Source: Nageia nagi (lineage: Eukaryota > Plantae > Pinophyta). From it: a stretch of DNA of 64,000 nucleotides. This document shows, piece after piece, positions 49,662-60,448 of this stretch. Each line of letters opens with the position of its first letter. The first letter of the stretch is position 1. The notes under the pieces were generated by a model. It did not search any database, was not told the DNA's origin, and worked only from the letters and a program-made list of their open reading frames with translations. The stretch lies in NCBI GenBank assembly GCA_050084985.1, contig JBITNC010000001.1, forward strand, positions 103,168,001 to 103,232,000, in the 5' to 3' direction. A program made the translations under genes and the position numbers.

Positions 49662-52399
49662 TGTAACGACTCTCCTAAAGACACTTGTTAAGACTTGAAT
49701 ATCGTTGAGAATGTGAAGGTGATTAAGATTTAATTATGTTATGATATGAGTAATTTTGAATAAATATATGCATTATTTATATCGATTTGATATTGGATTC
49801 AAGATTTTATAACACAGGTTACAGGTTGACTTGAGATGGGGAGTCAAGTTAAATACCCAAGGGACTAAGGGTGAATTGGTTATAAGAATGGATTGGTAAG
49901 AGTAAGAAGATGATTGGCATGACTCATTAACAAGAAATGATGACCTTTGTAGATCATATAGATGCATACCATAATTATTATGCATAATATTTTATTTTGA
50001 TGTTATATGTGTGTGAGTGCACTAATAAACTTATCTTGTAACATGAAAGGATCATCGCAGGTAAAAAGGTGTGTCAATTTGACATGCATTTTCAAAAATT
50101 ATTGACTAATTACGAATGAGGCAAGGAATATTCCATTCATTTGAATTTAAATTTTTCAACTAAAAATCTTAGTAAATTTGGATGGAAATAAAATAGAGGG
50201 TTAAAAGGATTTATTGTCATGTTGTGGAGGTTACAAGGTTATTTTGGGATTTTGTAAAAATAATGGAGATGGGATCCCCACATACCTTGTTTAGTTGTGT
50301 TAGGTGCATAAAATAATTAGACATAATTTGTATTCTAATATATAGGGTCCAATTTATTTTTGGATGATACCATACTTGCCAACAAAATTATTAAGACCTA
50401 CCAAAAAATAATAAAATACCTACACCTTCCAAACAAAACTTACTGAGTTGGATGAAATAACACTTATTTTGGAAATATTATAACAACCTTAGCTATAAAT
50501 AAAGGGAGAAACCTTAAGAAAATAAGGTTGTAAATAAAGGGATAAACCTTAGGAAAGATCACCTCATTTTCCTCTCTTTCCAAATTTTGACCTAGAGTCC
50601 TATGGAGAAAGGAATCCCCTCCTTTTAAGCCCATGTGTTCTCTCTTACATTTTAGATATTAATGATAAAATTCTTAGCTAAGTTGTGAGTTTATTTAATA
50701 TTACTATAGTTTGTTTGAAGGAATACATGTTTATTTTAATGTTTATGATAATATTATTGAAGATAATTATTATTATTAGTCTTACATTGAAGTACTTTGA
50801 GAAGACATATCTTTTATCTTTATTTGATATTCTTGCATGTGAAGTTTTGGAGTCTTTGTCTAATTATAAATGAAAGGAGGTAAAATACTTATTTTAAATT
50901 TTATTTGTTTGAATGAGATGAAAAGTCATGGCTAGTTCTTATGTGACATAGTAATGTAGTGAGAAGTGACTAGTCAAGCTGTGAAGGATAACAGGAGAAC
51001 TATAGTAGTTCTAGGTCATATTATAAAAGGAAGATAATTTCTTATTTGCCCATTACATTTTACCTCACTCGCAAGCCTTGAATCCTCGGATGTATGTTGT
51101 GCCTTGAATCGACCTTTCAGAGAGATTTTTTTTTTGCCTAGCTAATCCATATTTTGTTTCACATACTCCCTTGCATTCTCTTCCCTTACTACGCTCGGAA
51201 CATCGTGTTGAAATGGGATCCTTTTCAAATAATCTGAAGGTCTTATTAACGCACTAGTTTGGTTCTGCATGCGATTATGGTTCTACTTACCTTTTTACTC
51301 TAATCCCATGGTCGTTGTCTTCCCGAGGCTACAAGTAAATAGGAAGCTAACACCATTATTTGTCGTTAATGTTTTGAGTCTATTCCGAGGGGTATTGATT
51401 ATACAACCTGAGGAGCCTTTCAACGAAGTCATTTCATGCATTTCCTAAGAGCATCGTGATTTGAGAACAATTTTGTGTGAATGGGTGTCTAGCGAGCAAG
51501 ACCCAGGTCCCTACTATGTTTTTATTGCCTTCCATTAGCTCATTGTGTGGTGAAATCTCACAATAAATAAATTGGTACATTTCCTATGCCCATTCCTGTT
51601 GTGACACTACGCTTTGAAGTAAGGCATCTATATTAATAACTCATAGTTTCATTTACATGCTCCCTGTGAGGCTACACTTCGATGAGGCATTTTGTTGAAT
51701 GAATTTCAGGCCCTCTTACATATTCTCTTTTATGTAAACTATTTGACCATTTTCATTCATGAATCTTCCAAGAGGTTTATCCTGAAATCATTGAGATTGC
51801 CATCGAATGGAGTACTTTGTTTACCATTTCCCGGAATGTTTCCACAGAGCTCTTTACGTTGGCAAAGTGAAATGATATGTCGCTATAGGAAATGAATATT
51901 TTTGTTATCCCTAAATTGACTATAGAGGAATTAAAATTTAGATTTTATTTTGAGACTTAGGTTACAATAAATCTAATTTTATTATAGACACTTTAATAAT
52001 TTAAGATATTAGATTATGAGTTTATAATTAAAAAGAAAAACTTTTGTTAGAATGTATAAATGTATGAGAATAATGTTTCTTGATAATATTACTTGGTCTT
52101 TTGAAATGATGATATAAAATTACTTTGAAAATCAAATAGTAGAGTTATTTTGAATTGAATTCCTTGAAAAATGATATAAGTAATTGTTCATTTTTAAAAA
52201 AAATTGACATATGTGAAATTATTAAGTAATACAGCTAAGACTGACTTTACCCTACGACAAAGGAAGGAAGGTATATTCTAGTGGGAACATAAATCCTCCT
52301 GAGGTCCTTAAATAGGATATTTAAATTATTGAAATAAATTTTGAAGCATTTAGGATAATATGTATTTTGGTAAAAAAAAAAAAAGAGGATGGGGTGTCA
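49662..52399 (+). repeat. 3' LTR (~2.74 kb); homologous to the 5' LTR only up to ~52095
   Basis: Colinear with 40434-42772, then ~300 bp of unrelated sequence ending GGATGGGGTGTCA. TATA region duplicated (50494 and ~50530). Confidence 0.8.
50940..51890 (-). pseudogene. Second copy of the antisense PPR-derived cassette (3' LTR)
   Basis: Minus-strand MVK*FT*KRICKRA*NSFNKMPHRSVAS, RDLGLAR*, TMLLGNA*NDFVERLLRLYNQ, EYVKQNMD/ARQ, KACE*GKM. Confidence 0.6.
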
Positions 52400-52436
52400 T
52401 GATCCTCAAAACTCATAATAACTCACCATGTGTAAT

Positions 52437-53566
52437 CACTACTACCAAAAAGGGATTTATGTCCTTTTTTACATCTAAACTTTGTTACTTTTTTTGTGTT
52501 TTTCCAATTTTTTTGATGCAAAAAAGGATGCAAACTGCATACCAAAATTTGCATCATTTTTTGCTTCATTTTTTGCCACTTGTTGTATCCTTAAAGCCAC
52601 TTTTTGCATCCTTAATGCCACTATTTGCATCATTTTTTGGATCCTTAAAGCCACTTTTTGCATCATTTTTTACGTCATTTTTCAGATTTTGCATCATTTT
52701 TTAAAATTTTCATTGATTTTTGCATCAAAGTTTCATAATTTACATCTATTTTTACATCATTTTTTGCATTTGTTTTCAAAATAAAATATCATATAATTGT
52801 ATATCTTTTACTTCTATGTGATTTAAAAAAAAAGGGCTCAAAATGATATCTGAATCAAAAGTTATGACTTTTGCAAGGTACATCATTTTTATTAGGTCTT
52901 TCAACCAATGATATAGGTCCATTAAACTAATTTAGGAATGGGGTTAGTGGTTTAGGTTTCAAAAATTTAAATTTATTATATATTATTTCCCTAAATAATA
53001 CAGTAAGGTTTTTAATGTCTTCTTCTTTTTTGGCATTCAAAGGAGTTTTTTTTTCTGCAACTATGGGCTTATTCTCTTTTTTTTCTTCAACTATGGAGTT
53101 TTATTTTTTCTATAGGCCTATTCTCTAGGAGCTTCTTGTCTACCTTGAACGCCATAACTATGATCAAAACTTAAAAACTAAGGAAGAAAAAAATTAGCTA
53201 ATGAAATGTAAGGATTATAAGGAGGGTTTGTTGATATATATAGATAGGAGAGGGTATTTAGCTATTGGGTAATCACTTTTGATATGAATAGAGGATGAAA
53301 TGAATGTGATCCATCAATTTATTGATTGATGAATAGGTAAAATGTATTTTATATTTTTGTTAGTGAAATGTGACACAAAATTTGCATCAAATTTTACATC
53401 AAAATTTATGTTTAATTTTATGTTGGAATTTGTATCGAAAAAAGTGAAAATGGGAAAAAAATAAAATGATGCATGCCAATGTAGGAGGATGTAAATTAAC
53501 TTTAGTTTTTATTTTTTATGTTTTAATACGTAAAAAAGGACATAAATCGGCCTTTTGGTAGTAGTG
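52437..53566. mobile_element. Non-autonomous CACTA (En/Spm) DNA transposon
   Basis: Imperfect ~35 bp TIRs CACTACTACCAAAAAGGGATTTATGTCCTTTTTTAC / GTAAAAAAGGACATAAATCGGCCTTTTGGTAGTAGTG; 3 bp TSD AAT; subterminal TTTTGCATCA repeats; no transposase. Confidence 0.95.
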
Positions 53567-54107
53567 AATGGGACTACATAATGGTTTCAACTATCCATAT
53601 CATACTTATTAAATATATTATTTGCATACTTGGTTTGATAAATGAATATTTTTCCTTTACTTTGGTATACCTCTATTCCAATAAAGTAGTGCGTCAATCC
53701 CAAATCCTTCATATCAAGCTCACTTATCATGGAAGCTTTAAAACTATCATTCAAATTGGAACTACTATCCATATAAATCAAGTCATCAACATATAAGTAA
53801 ACAAGAAAAATATCATCACCTTCTTTCTTAAAATATAGAGTAAGTTCACTTTTGCTCTTCTTGAAGACACTTTGCATAAAGTATCCATCAATTTTAGTCT
53901 ACCAAGCTCGTAGTACTTTCTTAAGGCAATACAAAGCCTTTTTCACCCTATAGACACGTGTTTCTTTTTCTTTAACCTCAAAACCTTGGGTTTGTTGTAC
54001 ATACACTTCCAAATTCAAGTAACCATTCAAAAAAGCACTTTTAACATCTAAGTGATGTACAGTCTATAAATATTTTGAGTTGCTAAGGAAAGAAACATCA
54101 TAATCAA

Positions 54108-57100
54108 TGTAATTAGTGCCAATATCAAGAAAGGTACCACATGCTATGTAATTCATGTAGATCTCAAGAAGAAATGATATTCAAGATTCTCAACTATAAA
54201 AAGAAGACCAAGAGCAAAGCATTACCTATTAGATAATTAGATATCAGATAGGTAGACTAATAATTATTCCACCCTTTGAATAAGAATAGTATTTTGTAAC
54301 ACCACATATATGAGGATCTATTATCTCCTCTTCACTTTAATATTATATTACTTGAGTTCATCTTTATTCTTATTAGGTATGAGGGTATTAACATCATGTA
54401 AGGGTTATTTACAAGCATGTATATCATGATTCTTTGATTCATATAGCCTCATATTTGGAAGGTGACCCTATCCTGAGCAAAGCATTTTAGATCTAATTAG
54501 GAGAGTATTTGATCCCTTTTGGTAATTACGTACATTTTTATATTTGCCTCCATAATATCTCAATTAGTAGTTTTTAGTGCAATAGTATCTTATCTAATTA
54601 CAATTCATTATTTTATGACTACATTTTGGTGAACCTAACTGATCAAGAGGTTTCATCATCATAGGAGAGATCTTGCATAAATCTATGATGAAATCCACAT
54701 CATCAATATTGTATTTTATTTTCAATATAGAATCATTTCCACTCTTATCATTGCTACATTAGATATCAAAGCCTTCATGAAGACCATGATGCCTAAAATT
54801 ATGAAAAATAGTTGAACAAGCCATTACAAGACATATAAAGAAAGCATATATAAGTGCTAGTTAGAATCCTTCTTAGGTCTAACTAGTTGAGAGGGTTTCC
54901 AAACATGAGACACATTAAAAAACCCAACAAAAGAAATAATATTATTATGGTGTCTATGCTTCACCCTTATCAGCCAATATGCTAAACTTTCTCCTACCAC
55001 CCAATCTCAATACCCCCAAGTTTGAGATGTTCAATGGCAATCAGGACCCAAAATAACATCTTGTGAGTTTTTAGGAGTGCTTATTGAAGTTGGAATTAGA
55101 GAGAAGTTTATGGAAATTTTTTTCCCAATGATTTTGTAGAGATATGCTATTTAATGCTTCTATAATCTATCACTCAATTCTATTGATTGTTTCAAGTCCC
55201 TCATCAAAGCATTGATGGATTAGTATAAACATAATATCAAGGAGAAGTTAACAATTGTAGAGTTTTGTTCTCTACACCAAAGGATTAATGAGACAATAGA
55301 CAAGTACATTACATAAATTAAAAAGGTATGGGAATATACAAGAAGAAACTAAAATGAAATTAAGATTTGTGGTATGTTTACAAACTCTATTCTTTCCATT
55401 CTCAAGTAATATGATATTGATTATACTAACATAGGGTTTGGAATCATGAAAAAAAGAGCTTTAGCAAAGGAAAAGATTTTACTTGATCTTGGAGCATTCA
55501 AGCATGGATATGCATCTTACAATAAAGAGGGTTGCAATCCTTATGCAAAGAAAGATGAGAAAAATATCGATATGGATGATGCACCAACATTAACTAGATT
55601 AGCCATATAAAGGGCCTCTAAATTTATTTTTTTGATTCCTCCAAGATTCATATTCCAAATCTTTTCAAGAAAGGACTCTTGAAGCCTTTGGATATAAGAG
55701 CACAAGATTACATCATGGATTTTGATAATCAAGAATCCTACTATTCTTATCACCAAAAGAGGGTTCATTTTATAAATCAATGCAAAAAATTTGAGGCTAC
55801 CATATTAAATCTAATTTCATAAGGAAAGTATAAAGTGAAGGAAACAAGAGAGGCTCCCAATTACTACTAACCCAATACTATTTTAGTGGATAAAGATATA
55901 TGTGTAGTTATTCGAAAGGGTCATCCAAGATCAATCTTTAAACCTATCATAAATAAGCAAGTAATTCTTACACCTAATCCTAAGTGATTTATTATGATAG
56001 ACCAATTGAAAAATACTCAAGAAAAAATCAATTTGTATGAGCTTATTAGTATTGCTGAGCCACATAAGGAGATCTTGTATGATATGTTCAAAATAAAAAG
56101 GTCCTTAGTAATATTTCTACTATCACTTTTTATAATAAAATTCAATCCCTTCAAGATTATCATCCTATCATTTTTGATGATAAAGAATTTCCTAAAAGGG
56201 AAATTATTCATGATTACTTAGCTCTCTTTATCACACTTAGGATTGAGGGATGGGAAATTTAAGAGATATATGGTAGATCTTGGATCTAATGTCAATATCT
56301 TCTCATAAATACTTTTCCAAGATCAAGAAAATAATGATCTTTAAATACCACCCATGGATGAGTCCACCCTTCACATAAGAGGTTTTTATAATTTTTATAA
56401 AATGGCCCTTGGTATTATCTCTCTCCTCATCCATTTAAAACCTAGAATAATTCATTCTTTATTCCATATCACGAATGGAAGCTTTCCTATAATTTCCTCT
56501 TAGGAAGACCTTAGATCCATGAGATGAGGGAAATTCCATCCACCTTGCACAATTTCATTATATTTGAGTATGAAAGATAAATTCACACAGTGGTGGATGA
56601 TCTTAAGCCTTATGCATTGTACAATTTAATAGATATGAAGGTTGATGGATTGGATATGCATCATATAAATTTGTTCAATGCTCCCCAAAAGGAGCAATAA
56701 TCTATTATGATGAAATCAGAAACAAAGGTAAAAGTTATGGAGATTGGTATGGCCACATACAAAATTTAGACATAGATCCCATGAGCTCTATCAAAGACCT
56801 TGGATGATCCAAAATAGTTTGGTATGAACAACGTATACATTATATGGAGAGGTGGTCACATCATGTAAATGAGTATTAACCAACCGCTTCTTGCACCATA
56901 TCTTTTTTATCGCCTACTCTTGATTCTGAGACAGATAAAAAGATGCAATTAGACATGGGTAAATTTCATAATGACTCTTTTCCATGTCCTATTCCTAATA
57001 AGTACATGAGAAAAATTGCAATTATAAAGGGCGATGTCTAGGAAAATCATAGTAAGGAATGCCTTCTTCTCCATCAGATTTAGGCTCTTAAAAAGATTAA

Positions 57101-57523
57101 AAAAAAAGATTTGGGATGTACTCGATCCATTGTTAATTCTTATGGGAATATTAATTTATTTCCATAATGTAACTTAATTAAGTTTTTAGATGAGATTAAT
57201 GAGGACTTATGGATTGATTTCGATATTTCACTTGAATTTAATTATACTAATTAAGTTTATATTTATTCTCATTAAGTATGAGGGTATCAATGCCATGCAA
57301 GGGTTGTTCATAAGGCATGCATATTATAATTATTTGATCTGTAAAGCCTCAAATTTGGAAGGTGACCTTGTCTTGAGTACATCATCTCATATCTAATAAA
57401 GAGAGTATCTGATCCCATTTGGTAATTACATACATTTTCATATCTACCTCCATAATATCTTAATTGGTAGTTTATAATGCAATAGTGCATTATTCAATTA
57501 CAATTCATTATTCTATAACTACA
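54108..57523 (+). mobile_element. Gypsy (Tat-like) element retaining only gag, protease and G-patch-like remnants
   Basis: LTR-like 54108-54623 and ~57168-57523 share their last ~260 bp. PBS TGGTGAACCTAACTGA (54627) resembles the tRNA-Trp complement TGGTGAACCCGACGTGA. PKFEMFNGNQDPK*HL, KRYMVDLGSNVNI, YNFLLGRP*IHEMREIPSTLH, NYKGRCLGK. Confidence 0.75.
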
Positions 57524-60448
57524 CTCATAGAACCACCTAGAACCCACATATTTCTTTACCTTGGGAAGTTCTACAAGATCTGAAATGTTATTATTCTTAA
57601 TGGAATAAATCTCTTTATTCATAGCTTGAATCTAAACACCTTTAGTACAAGCTTCTTAATAATAAGAAGGTTCAAGATAAGAAATAATAATCAAAGCATG
57701 ATTCACAACATCATCACCTTTTGGATCACATTCATATTCATGACTATACATGTGCATCTTCTCAAGTTTGTCAACAACTTGGTCAATTTCTTGAGCTTGA
57801 CCTCTAGTAAGTCTTCTAGAAATTATTATCCAAAACTTGAGTAGGATGATGAATTTGAAAGCAACTTTTTCCCCTTTTTATCTTCATCACATTTGAAAAG
57901 ATGTTTAGAGAATCATCACTTGAATATGGAATTGAAGTTCTTTGTTTAGTACTATTGGAAGGGTTGGTTGGTGGACTTGGTTGAACAATTTGTAGGCTAG
58001 GATGTACATAGGGATTCACACTTAGACAACTTCTACCATTAGGAAGTTGAGAATTTGGTTTGCACTGAAGTGGTATTGGTTATGTTTATATTAATTACTT
58101 TCTTTGAGACTTTATTTGTGGTTATGGGAGGTTGTAAATATGTTCTTAAGCATTAGAGAGACTTGAGAAAATTGCAAATCTAGTATAGTTGATTTAAGAG
58201 TGTATTTAAGGTTGGATTTGATATGGTTATGGAGGTTGTATTTAACTTTGTTAAAGGAAATGCCATTCCTACATTTATAGTTATACTTGCTCCATTTAAT
58301 TAATGAATATATCATGACCATTTTGATAGTGTATCTACTCTCACATTGAGAGGAACCACTCTAAATACATATATCAATTTTTATGGGTGTGTTGCAACTC
58401 TTCATTACTATGTTTATTTTGTTTCTCATTATTATGTAATATATATGCAAATTAAATTATTGACATATAATATTTCAAATCATGCAAAGTTAATACATTT
58501 GTATTTAAGGATACTAGTAAGCCATATGCTTCAAGTTATTATAGATAAAATATTAATTAAATTATATTTACATGATGCATTTTAATCATTTATTGGAGGC
58601 AAGCATCATCACCATTAATTTTAATTATATAATTCACTTTCCCTAACTTTTTCATTCCTTTGTTGTTCTTTATTTTTATTCTACTCTATTCAAACACTTC
58701 ACACTTTTCAATACAAATTTTAGTATTTCCATAGTAAAATATTTCATTAATATTGATACTAAAACCCTCATTCTACTTCCTATAGAAGGGTTTTTAATCA
58801 TAAAATAAGGGATGGAATCCTTTCATCATATTTCTAAATAGTCTCTTACAATACTCAATGATATTCCCATCCTCTGTTGTATTCCCCATCCCTACAAATA
58901 CCATTCAAACTATTTGAACTCATCTAATTTATGAAATCTATATTCAAATTTGAAATCTATACTCTTATAGTTTATTTCAATATGAAATTAAAATCATCTC
59001 TATTTCATTTGAATTTATTTTTATTTTACACATATGTGTAAAGTCCATTGTTGATCAAACCCTAATAGAATAAAAATGATAATTATGGGTAATTAATAAT
59101 AGTAATTATGGATTTCTAACCAAACCTTGAAAACCCTTAACTAAGAAAAGAAAGAGAGTTAAAGTAATTATGAAATGTACATATCTATCAAGACACTCAT
59201 GACCACAACATTTAATGCAAAACCAATTTCAAATCATGTTTAGGCCCAATCATTAAAATGGATGGTATTTATCCCTTGATGAAGTTTTTGTCACTAAATG
59301 AACTAGAGGAAATAACTCAAATACACTTAGTATACAATTTGATTTATGAATATCTATAGTCACCATAATATATAGTTTATGTAGAGTATAACTTACTACC
59401 TTTGTATGTTATAGTCACAACCTTTATATAGTGACAAAAATAGTGTTATAGTAAAATTAATAGTGCTATAGTTATAATAGTAGTGCTACAATTTAATAAT
59501 AATTCTACAATTATTGGTTTTATGATTACTATAGTTTCACTTATATAACTATAGTTTAATACAATTACAAAATGGAGGTCCTATACTAGTTACAATGGGA
59601 TGAAATTTTAATCGTAGATTTTAATCATCAATACATTTCTAATGGTGTATAGAACACATAAAATGGAGTTATCTATCAAAATGTATTATCTCTACAACTC
59701 TTCATTTCAAAATCTTTCTTATATCTTCTTCTATAACTATGATACATTAATATACATTTATAATAGAAAAATAGGATCTACAACTCAATGTCATAAGAAT
59801 ATTTATAAGCATTATTCAATGTATATGATATGCTTGTATACTAGATCTAAGAGTGTTATATCTCATTGCTATAAATATGAATTTAAATACATTTTTTGCT
59901 TATCTTAGTCTAATTGTGATATCATTGCTTATCTATTTTCACTTATTCATAAATTAGATTTTGTTAATTATAATCATATTTATTTTATCACTAGATTCAA
60001 AAAATTCAAAACTAGTTAGCCTATTCAATAATTGGACTCTTACTTCTTTAAATATTTGAATGAATTATTTAATATATTCATCATTATTTTTATTTATTTG
60101 TATACAAATAAGCTATGTCAACTGTAGCTCTAATTATGATCTTGAAATGGCTTATAACTGGTTTGTAATCATCGAATGCTTATAGTATATATGGCTTCTA
60201 AAATACAAATTTTCAAAACTTATTACTTCTTACATTAGTTTATGTTCTCTAGGTATAAATGCAATGAATAATTCCCATACATCCATATAATCAATATTTT
60301 ACATTACATTCATACCATTTACAGAGAACACAGAACACTATAATAGATTTAAGAGCATTTGATTTTATTTATTGCTCAAGAAATATTACATTCAACATGA
60401 AAAAAAACTCTATGAGAACTCATAGGTTTGCATATTTCTTATGCAACT

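Larger units (their letters stand above)
40434..52399 (+). mobile_element. Ty3/Gypsy chromovirus (Tekay/Del) retrotransposon
   Basis: Both LTRs start TGTAACGAC. PBS TGGTATTAGAGC at 44806-44817, PPT AAGGGAGGTAATA at 49649-49661, gag-PR-RT-RH-INT-chromodomain. Confidence 0.9.
39899..58330 (-). mobile_element. Copia element E (host of three insertions); segments ~39900-40433, 52400-52436, 53570-54107, 57524-58330
   Basis: RH LVTWILRKQGSIALSSSEVEY and KRILRYFKG left of 40434; [25 protein letters not shown] (53570-54107); EPSYY*EAC...AMNKEIYSIKNN..DLVELPK (57524-57700). PPT (reverse complement of TCTCCTCAA) and LTR start at 39899; the far end of this LTR is not resolved. Confidence 0.8.

Noticed and set aside
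52360-52784. Repetitive ORFs (FASFF / QKVALR)
   Set aside because: Translations of CACTA subterminal repeats.
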